From Eledone cirrhosa (taxonomy: Eukaryota), in NCBI GenBank assembly GCA_964016885.1, contig OZ024758.1, positions 15,996,001-16,060,000 on the forward strand: DNA of 64,000 nucleotides. Direction: 5' to 3'. Numbering within the stretch: position 1 is the first letter of the stretch; each line of letters starts with the position of its first letter. The notes beneath the pieces are model-generated. The model saw only the letters and a program-made list of their open reading frames with translations, made no database searches and was not told the DNA's origin. This document shows, one piece after another, positions 40,848 through 52,729 of this stretch. The position numbers and the translations under genes were made by a program.

Positions 40848-41036
40848 ACCCCCTGAGAAGTTCGGCTATTTATTTACCAGGCTAAAAATTCTTATTTAGT
40901 CCAGAATTAGCCGTCGAAACGGCTTGAGCTCTGCCGTCGGGATCATACTTGTTCCTATTACCCACTCTACTACCCTAAGTATTGAGTACTTTGGTGCGTT
41001 ATGGTCCATCTGGTTCCTTACCACATTTCCTTCGTT
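40848..41036 (+). mobile_element. Family C element with degenerate hammerhead and long stem II
   Basis: CCC CTGAGAA..CGGCTA...TAGCCG..GAAA CGGC TTGAGCTCT GCCG TC GGG. Confidence 0.55.
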
Positions 41037-41048
41037 ATATATATATAT

Positions 41049-41575
<527 letters not shown>

Positions 41576-41932
41576 CATGCAGGAAGTTCAGTAAATCCGA
41601 AGAAAACTCGTGAGAGACTCAGTGGCTTTTGTTGTGCCAACACTGATCTGAGGATCAGGCAGACTTGGAGTCTGGTCGGGGGTGCCAACCCAGATCACGT
41701 GCCGGTTGCTTGAGAAATATTTGTAACCAGGATTGAGCTATAAATCTCCTATGTAACACCTCCCGAGATATGGGGGTTTTTCAGGGTACTTTCATAAACA
41801 GAGATAGAGAGAAGGATAGAGAGAAGGATAGAGAGAAGGATAGAGAGAAAGAGGTAGTTGTTGTGAGAGAGTTGATTGAAAGAGAGACATAGAGAGAGAG
41901 GGAGAGGAGACAGAGAAGGAGAATGGAAGAAC

Positions 41933-41975
<43 letters not shown>

Positions 41976-42149
41976 GGTGGTGTTGTTGTGTATATATATA
42001 TATATATGAGTGTGTGTGTATATATGTGTGTGTATCTATGACCAGTGTATATATAGATCACAGACACCCACATATATATATATATACACACACACACACA
42101 TGCATATATATATATATAAATATATATATAATATATACACACACACACA

Positions 42150-42219
<70 letters not shown>

Positions 42220-42250
42220 TGCACATATATATATATATAGAGAGAAAAAA

Positions 42251-42300
<50 letters not shown>

Positions 42301-42305
42301 ACAAG

Positions 42306-42340
<35 letters not shown>

Positions 42341-43059
42341 GCATATATTCATACACACACGTATATATATATATGGGTCTTCCAGTTTCATTTCACATCA
42401 TATACATGTCTGCATATTTTAATTATTTAAAAATTATTTTTAAGTGAACATGATCTTAAAAAGAAATATTTTGAAGTGAACGTGACCAAAAACCTACAAG
42501 GAACAAAGAGTATGGTGGACAGTCCATAATTTTACACCGTATTATACGCGATACGATACGAAATGAAGAACGAGAAAGCTTTCAAATTATATTTGTCTTT
42601 ATTATCTAATTTGCTACACGAGTTATTTGTTCTTGGGACTTAAATATTCATTTGTGCGCTGAGTAATTTCATTTTATGTAATATAATGTAAAGTCCATCG
42701 AGGCTTTAACATTACTGGGTAATTGCTGGCCTTGTGCCAAAAGTAGAAACAATTATATTACAACAATCACTTAACGATAAGGTCCATAATAAAATGACTA
42801 TAATATTGTTTTCTTGGGCATTTCTTCACCAAATAGACTTAATCTAATTCCTTATTGCAAAATATTTATATGTCTTATTTGAAATTATACAATGAATTTC
42901 ATAACTGCCGGGCATATGTATTTTGTTTTATTGTTCCTCTTCTACTAACCCCTATTTTACGCCCTATCCATCCCTTTGATATACACCCACACACTTAACC
43001 CTAAGTCACACACACTTATGTGTATTTCTAATATATTGAACCGCATATACATATTGAAG

Positions 43060-43103
<44 letters not shown>

Positions 43104-43178
43104 GGTCGTCAAGTATGAAATTTGTAGACATTTCTTTGTTTTCTACAAATTTCTACAAATTTCATACTTGACGCCCCA

Positions 43179-43290
<112 letters not shown>

Positions 43291-43554
43291 GGACATGGCT
43301 GAAACTGTACTGCCTAACTAGCAGTCACACACACACACACTTAACCGTACACACATATTCACCACACACACACACACACACATATATATGTAAATGTAGT
43401 ATTAATATATAAGGGAACAAAGAATCAGTGTTGCATCATATACATATTTAATTACATATTACACATGTTTCACTGTCGATCAGCTCGAGGAAAATCTATT
43501 AATGTGTATATATGTATATATATATATATATATAAGAGATGTCAACATGAATGG

Positions 43555-43755
43555 ACCTGTTATTTTTATCTAAATACATTTTTTCCAATTCCACTCCACC
43601 CGTCCCTCAATCTATCTTATTTCTCATTCTTTATTCTGATGAAGGACTAGCGTCAGAAACGTTAAGACCCTCTTCCTGCTATTTCAAGCGTTAACCTAAT
43701 ATATTCCTTCCATATACTGTACCGATTGTGTTGTTATTTCTGTTTACCTTTGGCA
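43555..43755 (+). mobile_element. Family J element with hammerhead core (43636-43667)
   Basis: CTGATGA AGGACTAGCGTCA GAAA CGTT AAGA; homologous to ~15035-15150 on the minus strand. Confidence 0.6.
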
Positions 43756-43917
43756 CACACACACACACACACATACACACACACGATTTAATCGACTTTG
43801 TCCTTTCACCAAATTTACTGCTTAAATAAGAAATCAATGTCTTTTTGCAAGGGAGATAAATCTTGCAGGATATGTACTCTTTGTTTAATGAATAAGATGC
43901 CCCCATATTATTTTCAC

Positions 43918-44375
43918 TGGATTGGCAGTATCGGTAGAGGGTCGGACGCCATGCTTTCCAGCAGAGTTACGTCCCTTTACGATCTGAGTTCAAATCCCGC
44001 CGAGGTTGACTTTGCCTTTCATCCTTACGGGGTCGATAAAATAAAGTACCAGTAATGTACTGGGTAATTTGCTGGCCTTGTGCCAAATGTAGAAACAATT
44101 ATTTTCACTCAATAATTATTAAATTTAATAAAAGACCGATAATTTTCAAAAAAAGCCGATAGAACGTGGTAGAAAAATACAAAGGGCAAATAATTGTTTC
44201 TACTTTAGGCACAAGGCCAGCAATTACCCAGTGCATTACTGGTACTTTATTTTATCGACCCCCGTAAGGATGAAAGGCAAAGTTAACCTCGGTGGGATTT
44301 GAACTCAGACCGCAAAGGGACGTAACTATGCTGGAAAGCATAGCGTCCGACCCTCTACCGATACTGCCAAGCCAC
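43918..44375. mobile_element. Two convergent Meta-type SINEs (43918-44100 plus, 44190-44375 minus)
   Basis: Head and core motifs in opposite orientations. Confidence 0.8.
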
Positions 44376-44814
44376 GGGGCAAATAATGACAAATAGAACA
44401 GAACAAAATAACGTTTTACCCAGTATATTTCAACGTAATATTTGAAAAGGGGGTTATGGTCCTGAAATATCACGTTGGAACACACATCACTTTATTTACA
44501 TATATAACAATAGCTTCGTCTCCCACTCCAATGTTTTCTGGAGAGGTTTACTACGTGTAGTTAATTCATTGTCTTACAGAGTAGTTACAATGTTTCAGCA
44601 AAGTTGCGTGTTCTCTAAGCTTCATCAGAGAACTTATAAATATATATCCATATATATATATATTTGTATGTATATATATATGCATGTATATATATATATA
44701 TATATTTGTATGTATATATAAATATATAAGTATATATATATATATATATCCATATATATATATATATTTGTATGTATATATATATGCATGTATATATAAA
44801 TATATATGTGAATG

Positions 44815-44883
<69 letters not shown>

Positions 44884-45143
44884 CGTTTCTGAATTTGTTT
44901 AGCAAGATTCTTTATCTGAAATCGTGTGTTGAAACCGATATTGTTATACTTTGGGAGGGTCATGTTGCCAATAATGCTATATATAAACAACTATCTGGTT
45001 GTGGAACCAACCAACCAACCAGAAACCAGAAATATATAAGTTTGTAGATTTGTAAATTTATAAATTTATAAATATATAATAAATTGAAGTGAAAGCAACT
45101 GGTGCGTGTGTTTCTTATTGGCAACATGACCCTCCCAAAGTAT

Positions 45144-45214
<71 letters not shown>

Positions 45215-45676
45215 TACGTGTGCATATATGTGCATGTTTGTATCTGTGTCTAAGTATACATGTTTTAAAATACCATGTTCGAAAAACAAAGTTAAAAGTT
45301 CGTATGATCCAATCCAAGAAAAAAAAAATACTAAAATACCATAAAATACCATAAAATACCATAAAATACGATAAAATACAATATATTCACAGTTTTTTCT
45401 CGCCTGAGTTTGTTTTCATATTATTAGTGATAAATCTTGTGTTGACTAAAGCTGTTAAAACTATAGTTAGATGTCGGCTGCTAATACGTATGTAGTGATG
45501 AGACAATTGTATATAGATATATATATATGTATGTTTGTGTGATTGTGACTGGTGTTTGTGTGAGCGTGTGTGAGCGTGTGTGTGTGGGTGAGTGTGCGTG
45601 CGTTTCTGTGAGTGTATAATGACTGAAAGCTGTGAAAAAATAATATATTAACACACACATATATATATATATATAT

Positions 45677-45726
<50 letters not shown>

Positions 45727-45744
45727 ATATATGATGTATGTATG

Positions 45745-45804
<60 letters not shown>

Positions 45805-45817
45805 CACACACACACAC

Positions 45818-45857
<40 letters not shown>

Positions 45858-45891
45858 TCTTATGTGTGGTTGTGCGTTTGTGTTTGTGAAT

Positions 45892-45935
<44 letters not shown>

Positions 45936-46314
45936 GTGTATGTGTGTGTATATGTGTGCGTATGTGTGTATGTATGTGTGTATGTGTGAGTTAATAAAAC
46001 ACACATAATGTTCTTTTTACAATCTCTTATTAACTTATTAACTCAGATGTACAAACATAAAAAAACGTAGTTTGTATAATGTAATTATATCTATCTATCT
46101 ATCTATCTATCTTGATAGAGTAAGACACGCTTCGCATCGGCTCCGCTATTCCATCGGGATTTACCCTTACTATTGTAAGTACCGGATAAATTTTTTAGTG
46201 CAACACATTTGGAACACTAACCCCTGTTATTTAGGGAAACATTTTTGCATTTACCCCCTTTTTAGGGGGTAAAATAAATATCTATTTTTGCCGAAAAATT
46301 TCTTTCTTGGCAGC

Positions 46315-47703
46315 ATGGCGGAAAAGATGGCAGACATGTCTGCCATTAGCTCTGCCACGCCCCCCAAGTCTGAAGAACAAAAAATAATTACAACAAAATT
46401 AGACATTGAAACAAACAAACAAAATGAAAAAACAAATGTTAAGGAAAATGAGCAAACAGAAAACAAACAAACAGAAAATAATACAAATAACGACAGGGCA
46501 ACTTTCGCCCAGAAAACAAAGCAATCCATTACATACACACCAATTGACCTAACTGCCGCCAGAGAAAAACTGGCCGAAGCAAAGAAACATATTGTTTTGG
46601 GGGAAAACGGAATGTTTTCCATTAACTCCCCCCCAGAATTCAAGAAAGCCAGAGCAGAAAACACAGTTATATACAGAACTATACTAAACCAGTCAAGAAA
46701 GCCAGCACAGCCCAGCCAAATGGAAATAGAGTTAGTCCTAAAAGACTATATGAAGAATATTCTCTTCATACGAAAGGACCGACTCTATGGCAGCATTTCG
46801 GTCCTAACAAGAGACAAAGAAACGGCGGTTCAGCTTTCCCTAAGCCCACTCTCGTCGACAACATATAGCTTCTATCCCTCCTACATGGGTAGAAGAACTC
46901 AGAGAATAAAAGTAAAAACAATGCTGCCCACAATGGACTTCTGGTGGGCTATTGCTGGCTTCATTGATATGGGCGAAGACACTATGCTGTCAATGGGGAA
47001 GGCAACTGGAGATGCGTTCCTGGGAATGGGCCTCGACATACTAGTCCAAATGAGGCCCGAAAGAATAGCACAAATCCCGGATCGCATCTGGCTGGATGAC
47101 CTTACCCCAATAGACATAATTGTAGAGGGGAGAAGACCAGCATGCTATTTATGCATGGAAAGGGGACACGTTAAGGCTAACTGCCCGAAACGTATCCCCC
47201 AAAAAGGACTATTGCCCACACCCACCACAAACAGTACACCAGCACCACCCACCTCCAAAAATACACTAATACCACACACAGCAAACAAAATACAGACACC
47301 ACCAACCACAAACACAACACAAACATCACCACCACCAGCACCAAACACAAGCACGACACAAAAATCACCACCACCAACCACAACACAAACATCACCACCA
47401 CCATTACCAACCACAAGCACGACACAAACATTACCACCACCACCACCACAAAACCCATTCCAAACAAATAATAAAAAAAACAGTAACAAATCTACCCCTC
47501 CCGCAAAAAAAAAACAACCACACAACACGTCCCTCCCACCTAGCGCTGAAGAGTTTCCCCCAACTTCTGAAGAAGAAGGAGGAGAAGCCTTCAGACAAGT
47601 TAAAAGAAAAAAAAAGAAAACACACACCCAGCACACCACAAATAACCCACACACAAACACCAACTCCAATCAAAAACACCCCACCCTCAACAAACAAAAA
47701 TAA
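46315..47703 (+). CDS. Tx1-like ORF1 (gag-like nucleic-acid-binding protein); probably continues to 48152 through two frameshifts
   Basis: First ATG at 46315 (the track starts at an upstream TTG). CX2CX4HX4C knuckle CYLCMERGHVKANC preceded by VEGRRP, then a Pro/Thr-rich region and the basic motif FRQVKRKKK. Confidence 0.85.
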   Translation: MAEKMADMSAISSATPPKSEEQKIITTKLDIETNKQNEKTNVKENEQTENKQTENNTNNDRATFAQKTKQSITYTPIDLTAAREKLAEAKKHIVLGENGMFSINSPPEFKKARAENTVIYRTILNQSRKPAQPSQMEIELVLKDYMKNILFIRKDRLYGSISVLTRDKETAVQLSLSPLSSTTYSFYPSYMGRRTQRIKVKTMLPTMDFWWAIAGFIDMGEDTMLSMGKATGDAFLGMGLDILVQMRPERIAQIPDRIWLDDLTPIDIIVEGRRPACYLCMERGHVKANCPKRIPQKGLLPTPTTNSTPAPPTSKNTLIPHTANKIQTPPTTNTTQTSPPPAPNTSTTQKSPPPTTTQTSPPPLPTTSTTQTLPPPPPQNPFQTNNKKNSNKSTPPAKKKQPHNTSLPPSAEEFPPTSEEEGGEAFRQVKRKKKKTHTQHTTNNPHTNTNSNQKHPTLNKQK

Positions 47704-48157
47704 ATCTGCGCCTCCCCTCTCCGAAACATTGACAGCATCACAAAAAAAGACGTTGCAATACACATATATAAATAAAGAAAACAAAAAACTGGTTAAATTA
47801 ATAAACAATAACCCTATGGTGCAGACCGAAGGGCCAAACTTTATCTCAACAGAGAACTTCACCCATTTAAAAATGATAAAGGTCCCTCTGGACCTTTATC
47901 GTTCCTTAAAAGAACAATTTAGACGGGACGTGAGCCCCCCCCTGTTTAAAACCGTTGAATCGCGTCCTCTTGAAAGATTTCCCCATAACCGCCCCTCTCC
48001 CTGACACAACTCCAAATACCCCAACCCCACCACACACGTGTACCCCCACACCACCACAAAACATCCCTCCACCCAACACACCTGATGCCATGGAAATTAC
48101 GCCACCCGGAGAGGTAAGTGCTTTTCTTTCTTCACTTTCAACACCAAAATAGATCAA

Positions 48158-51100
48158 TTGAGAGTTGGCTGTTTGAACGCGCGTGGCCTGAGCTCAGCTT
48201 GGAAGCAAGCAAAGCTTCTAAGTGACCTCAGGTCACAAAGTATAGATGTGATGGTTGTTTGCGAGAGTCGGATCAGCAGCGTGAGACAGCTGGCGCCCGC
48301 CTTCGATGACTTTGAGATGCACGCATCTCTCTGTCAACCCGGAGGCGGGGGGGGAGTTGCCGTACTGCTGGATAAACGTCTGACTCTTGACGTACAGATT
48401 GTTCACTCGGACCCGGGGGGTCGATTACTGGTGCTGGACGTCGGAGGTGGTGAAGGCGGGGCTTTCAGACTGGTCGGTCTTTATGCTCCCTTCGGGGCGG
48501 AGAGAGCCGACTTCTTCCAACGTCTGGAGACTTTTCTAGGAACGTCGCGTTCCCTGCTTTTAGTGGGGGACTGGAATGGAATCCTAGATGCGCGTTGGGA
48601 CTATGCAGGGGCATGTCCCGATAGAGGGGGGTGTAGCAGCCTCAAGGGGTTACTCGATCGATTCGACCTGGTCGATAGATTTCGACTAGATTGTCCAACT
48701 GCGCCAACCTGGACCTGGGCAAACCGCAGTGGACAATCTAGATCGTACCTAGATAGGTTTTTGGTTAGGAGTAAGGATAGGGACGTATTTAGTTGTCCAG
48801 AACTGATCATGGTTGGCTATTCAGATCACAAATTAGTGACCTGCGTGGTCAACCTTGATAGAACGCATAGACAGGGTCCCGGTTACTGGAAGATGAACTT
48901 GTCCTTACCGACAAAGAAAGATTACAGAAACCGGATTAGTAGCTTAGTTAAGATGCGGTTGACGGGAGCGATCGTCAACAGTAGGTGGTGGATATCTCTA
49001 AAGAGAGAGATTAGAGTAAGTTCGATAGGTTACAGTAAGGAACTAGCGGCGAATAGAAATAGGAGGGAAAGGGAGTTAACAGATAAACTAGAAGAGGCGA
49101 TTAGGAGCGGAGACGTAGCCAGAGTGTTAGCGACGAGAACGGCATTGAGCCAGTTCTTTGACGCGAAGCACGAAGGCTGCGTTGTCCGAAGTAAAATACG
49201 TGCTTTAGGAAACGAGGGGACCAAAGCTGTTAGCTGGGCCCGCGTGACAGAAGCCAAGAGTGGGATTAAATCCACCATTCGGTCTTTGCGAGACCAGGAT
49301 GGACGGGTGATCCTTGAACCTGAGCGAATGTGCGAGACCTTTCAAAGGCACTTTGCTCGACTGTTCGGAGGTGGCGGGGGGCCGGACGGGGATGTGGACT
49401 TCGGTCCATACCTCGACGGTCTACCGCGTCTTTCGAGCGGCGAAGCGGAGTGCTGCGAAGGGCCAATCACAGCCACTGAAATCGGGGAAGCGCTCAGCCA
49501 ATGCAGCAGACGCAAATCCCCGGGTCTCGATGGTCTACCATACGAACTTTATTTAGCTATGCCGGTCTTGTTCTCCGAACTCCTCGAGGCTGTCTATTGC
49601 AACTGGCAACAGAACGGGAGAATTCCCTGTTCTGTGACCAAGGGCGTGGTCACGCTAGTGAGGAAGGACGAGAGCAAGGGGGACGACTTAAGTAACTTTA
49701 GGCCCATAACTCTGCTGAATGCAGAGTTACAGATTTTGGCCAAGGTGTTGACGAAGAGGTTGGCGCTTGTGGTGGGTGGTTTGGTGGGAGACGCGCAGAC
49801 ATGCGCTATCCCGTCCAGGTCCATTCACGACAACCTCCACCTCATGCGATACATCATAGAGAGGGTTGGCTACGAACCCGGCTTTGGTGGGGCCCTGATC
49901 AACTTGGATCAATCTAAGGCGTTCGATAGGGTCGACCATGGTTACCTGGATGCGGTGCTAGCGGCGGCGGGCTTCGGACCCGTTTTCAGGGGCTGGATTT
50001 CTGCCATGCACAGTGGCAACATCTACTCTAGGATTAAAGTAAACGGCTACCTCTCGGAGCCGTTTCAAATCACCCGATCCATCAGACAGGGGTGCCCCCT
50101 CTCCTCCCTTCTGTACGTATTGACTCTCGAGCCACTGCTGCGGAAGTTGGAGTTGCTGCGGGGCATACCCCTGGAACCGGGATTGCACAAAGCGGTCTCG
50201 GCCTATGCCGACGACGTAACAGTAATGGTGGCGGACGCCTCGGAAATCGGGGCGATCGCCACCCTACTGGAGGAATACGAAAGGCTGACGGGGGCTAAGC
50301 TGAACCAGGACAAGTCAGTCGGTTTGCAACTCGGAACGTGGAGGGGCAAACCGATGCCGTTAGACGGTGTCGTCGGGCGGTGGACGGAGGGCCCGGTGAA
50401 GCTGCTCGGGGTCTGGTTCGGACCGGACCTCCAGGTGGAGAAGAATTGGGGCGAGGTGACGAGCAGGGTGTTTGCGCTGACCCAGAAGTGGGCCAAGTGC
50501 AAACTATCACTGAAAGGTCGGGCGGAGGTGACGAACGCTTACATAGCGTCCGTCATCTACTACCGCCTGACCGTCGTGCCTTGCCCCAAGGAAAAGCTCA
50601 CCATCATGGAACGCATGCTCTTCCAGTTCCTCTGGAAGAAGCGGCCTCCCATGGTGAGGAGATCCATCTGCTGCCAGCACCCTTCGAAAGGAGGGCTGGG
50701 TATGCCGTGGCTGTTGATGCGTAGGCACGCATTGAGGCTACGGCATCTACAGGTATTCCTCAACGGTCAGCCGGTGTGGGCCCCGTTTGTGAGGCGAGCC
50801 TTCCCACAGCTCGTCTCGCTCACCGAACTGCAATCCTGGGTGAAGCAAAGACCGAGAAAACTGGGCAACTGGCACACTGAGTGTGCCCAGGCGCTCACGG
50901 CTATCTGGCAAGCGGACCCGACTGTCAGTGGAGAATCCACCTCGACATTCTATAGAGGGTTGGTGGCTAGCAGGGGCGACGACACCCTTGGAGAGTCGCT
51001 AGGCATGGAGGAGGACGAACTGGCCAGCCTGTTCGGTAGAACTTTCGGCCCGGGACCCATGGACAACTTCCAGAGGTCCCTAGCCTGGCAGTGTTACCGG

Positions 51101-51586
51101 GGGGCTCTGCCCGTTCGAGAAAAGCTCTACAGACACGGGCGCCCGGGCAGGGATCCCGCGAAAAAGATCTGTCCCAGATGCGTGCGCGACGAGGAAACCG
51201 TTGCGCATGCACTGGTACACTGCCCGGGCGTTGCCGATCTGTGGGGCTACGTCGAACGACTGCTGTCGCGTGTGGCGCCGATTCGATTAACCGCCGAGTC
51301 TGTGGTGAACATCAAGCCGCCTCCTCCCTTCAGAAATGAAGCAGAGGCGGTCTTTCTGTGCGTAATAGCCATGATGAAAGAGGTTGTGTGGTGGACGCGC
51401 CTGAAAGGTCTGAGGTCGGGTGACTTTCTCTCCGGCCATCACCTGGTTTACTTCTTCCGATACCACTTCGGAAGAAGAATCAGGATGGAGAGAGAAGTGC
51501 TTGGTCCCAGACAGTTTTATGAAAGGTGGGTGAAAGAAGCGAGAATGGCCCGTGTAAATGGGCCTTCTCTCTACATTGTTCTGTAG
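48158..51586 (+). CDS. ORF2: apurinic-like endonuclease, reverse transcriptase and C-terminal zinc finger
   Basis: EN motifs LNARGL, CESR, LYAP, GDWN, SYLDRF, SDH. RT motifs KSPGLDGLPYE, NFRPITLLN, LDQSKAFDRV, RQGCPLS, YADD, KLLG. CPRC..ETVAHALVHC finger. 1142 uninterrupted codons. Confidence 0.95.
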   Translation: MRVGCLNARGLSSAWKQAKLLSDLRSQSIDVMVVCESRISSVRQLAPAFDDFEMHASLCQPGGGGGVAVLLDKRLTLDVQIVHSDPGGRLLVLDVGGGEGGAFRLVGLYAPFGAERADFFQRLETFLGTSRSLLLVGDWNGILDARWDYAGACPDRGGCSSLKGLLDRFDLVDRFRLDCPTAPTWTWANRSGQSRSYLDRFLVRSKDRDVFSCPELIMVGYSDHKLVTCVVNLDRTHRQGPGYWKMNLSLPTKKDYRNRISSLVKMRLTGAIVNSRWWISLKREIRVSSIGYSKELAANRNRRERELTDKLEEAIRSGDVARVLATRTALSQFFDAKHEGCVVRSKIRALGNEGTKAVSWARVTEAKSGIKSTIRSLRDQDGRVILEPERMCETFQRHFARLFGGGGGPDGDVDFGPYLDGLPRLSSGEAECCEGPITATEIGEALSQCSRRKSPGLDGLPYELYLAMPVLFSELLEAVYCNWQQNGRIPCSVTKGVVTLVRKDESKGDDLSNFRPITLLNAELQILAKVLTKRLALVVGGLVGDAQTCAIPSRSIHDNLHLMRYIIERVGYEPGFGGALINLDQSKAFDRVDHGYLDAVLAAAGFGPVFRGWISAMHSGNIYSRIKVNGYLSEPFQITRSIRQGCPLSSLLYVLTLEPLLRKLELLRGIPLEPGLHKAVSAYADDVTVMVADASEIGAIATLLEEYERLTGAKLNQDKSVGLQLGTWRGKPMPLDGVVGRWTEGPVKLLGVWFGPDLQVEKNWGEVTSRVFALTQKWAKCKLSLKGRAEVTNAYIASVIYYRLTVVPCPKEKLTIMERMLFQFLWKKRPPMVRRSICCQHPSKGGLGMPWLLMRRHALRLRHLQVFLNGQPVWAPFVRRAFPQLVSLTELQSWVKQRPRKLGNWHTECAQALTAIWQADPTVSGESTSTFYRGLVASRGDDTLGESLGMEEDELASLFGRTFGPGPMDNFQRSLAWQCYRGALPVREKLYRHGRPGRDPAKKICPRCVRDEETVAHALVHCPGVADLWGYVERLLSRVAPIRLTAESVVNIKPPPPFRNEAEAVFLCVIAMMKEVVWWTRLKGLRSGDFLSGHHLVYFFRYHFGRRIRMEREVLGPRQFYERWVKEARMARVNGPSLYIVL

Positions 51587-51817
51587 GTGAAGAAGTGAAG
51601 AGGAAAGGGGGAGCGCCTCCTCTCTGGGCTTCCCCCGCGAAAAGAGTTGCACACTTTTCGGGGGTATGTGCAATCCCCAACACGCCCCCTCCCTTTTGAG
51701 GACTTTTTATTGTTATATTATTATTGTTATTCCTTTTTTCTTTACTCGATTTATGTAAACTCCCCCACTGTGTAAATGTCCCCTTCTTTTGTGCCCTCGT
51801 GGCAAATAAATAGAAAT

Positions 51818-51818
<1 letters not shown>

Positions 51819-51887
<69 letters not shown>

Positions 51888-51947
51888 GTCTGTCTGTCTG
51901 TCTGCCTGCCTGCCTGCCTGCCTGTCTGTCTATTTATCTATCTATCT
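51819..51947. repeat. (TATC)n grading into (TGTC)n/(TGCC)n
   Basis: Directly visible at the Tx1 3' junction. Confidence 0.95.
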
Positions 51948-51969
51948 GCTTCTCCTCTCTCCCTCTCCG

Positions 51970-52017
<48 letters not shown>

Positions 52018-52018
<1 letters not shown>

Positions 52019-52232
52019 GTTATTCCGGGTTGAATCGGAGGTAACCACAGTAAGTAAGGTACTCAATACATAGCAGAGTATAACAGTTTTAATATAGATG
52101 AGATTCTACAGGACTAGAACTGTTTCATTCATTAGAAATCATCAGGAATCTTGATTAGAAATCATCAGATTCCTGATGATTTCTAATGAATGAAACAGTT
52201 CTAGTCCTGTAGAATCTCATCTATATTAAAAC

Positions 52233-52233
<1 letters not shown>
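52018..52233 (-). mobile_element. Family A fold-back mini-element, copy 3, with complete hammerheads on both strands
   Basis: AGATTC CTGATGA...GAAA CAG..CTG TA GAATCT on the minus strand (52101-52151) and on the plus strand (52167-52217). Confidence 0.8.
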
Positions 52234-52267
<34 letters not shown>

Positions 52268-52315
52268 TGTGTGTATATGTATATATATATATATTTATAT
52301 GTATATATATGTATG

Positions 52316-52373
<58 letters not shown>

Positions 52374-52488
52374 CATACATATATATATATGTATGTATGT
52401 ATATATATATATATGAATTATCTCTATATCTCTATCTATCTATCTCTCTATATATATATGATATTATATATATGATATTATATATATG

Positions 52489-52524
<36 letters not shown>

Positions 52525-52673
52525 CATATATATAGATAGATAGATATATAGATATATAGATAGATATATATAGATAATTCATATATATATATATATATAT
52601 AAATATATTTCATATATATATATATTTCATATATATATATATATCCATTTATGTATCTATCTATACATATATG

Positions 52674-52729
<56 letters not shown>

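Larger units (their letters stand above)
46112..51818 (+). mobile_element. Apparently full-length Tx1-clade (L1 superfamily) non-LTR retrotransposon
   Basis: 5' UTR, zinc-knuckle ORF1, APE-RT-zinc-finger ORF2, 3' UTR with AATAAA at 51805-51810. (TATC)6 at 46088-46111 and long (TATC)n from 51819. Sharp GC/CpG contrast with the host. Confidence 0.9.

Noticed and set aside
44581-44632. Minus-strand CTGATGA-AGC..GCT-GAAA-CATTG-TA motif (also a truncated core at 15000-15031)
   Set aside because: Probably decayed members of the same class, but stem I does not pair, so they are not called as ribozymes.
48111-48164. Perfect splice donor GAG|GTAAGT plus pyrimidine tract as a mini-intron fusing ORF1 to ORF2
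   Set aside because: The nearby AG acceptors (48152, 48162, 48164) do not put ORF1 in frame with ORF2, and the intron would be only about 39-51 nt.
48601-51683. Short overlapping and antisense ORFs inside ORF2
   Set aside because: Expected by chance in GC-rich coding sequence; no motifs.
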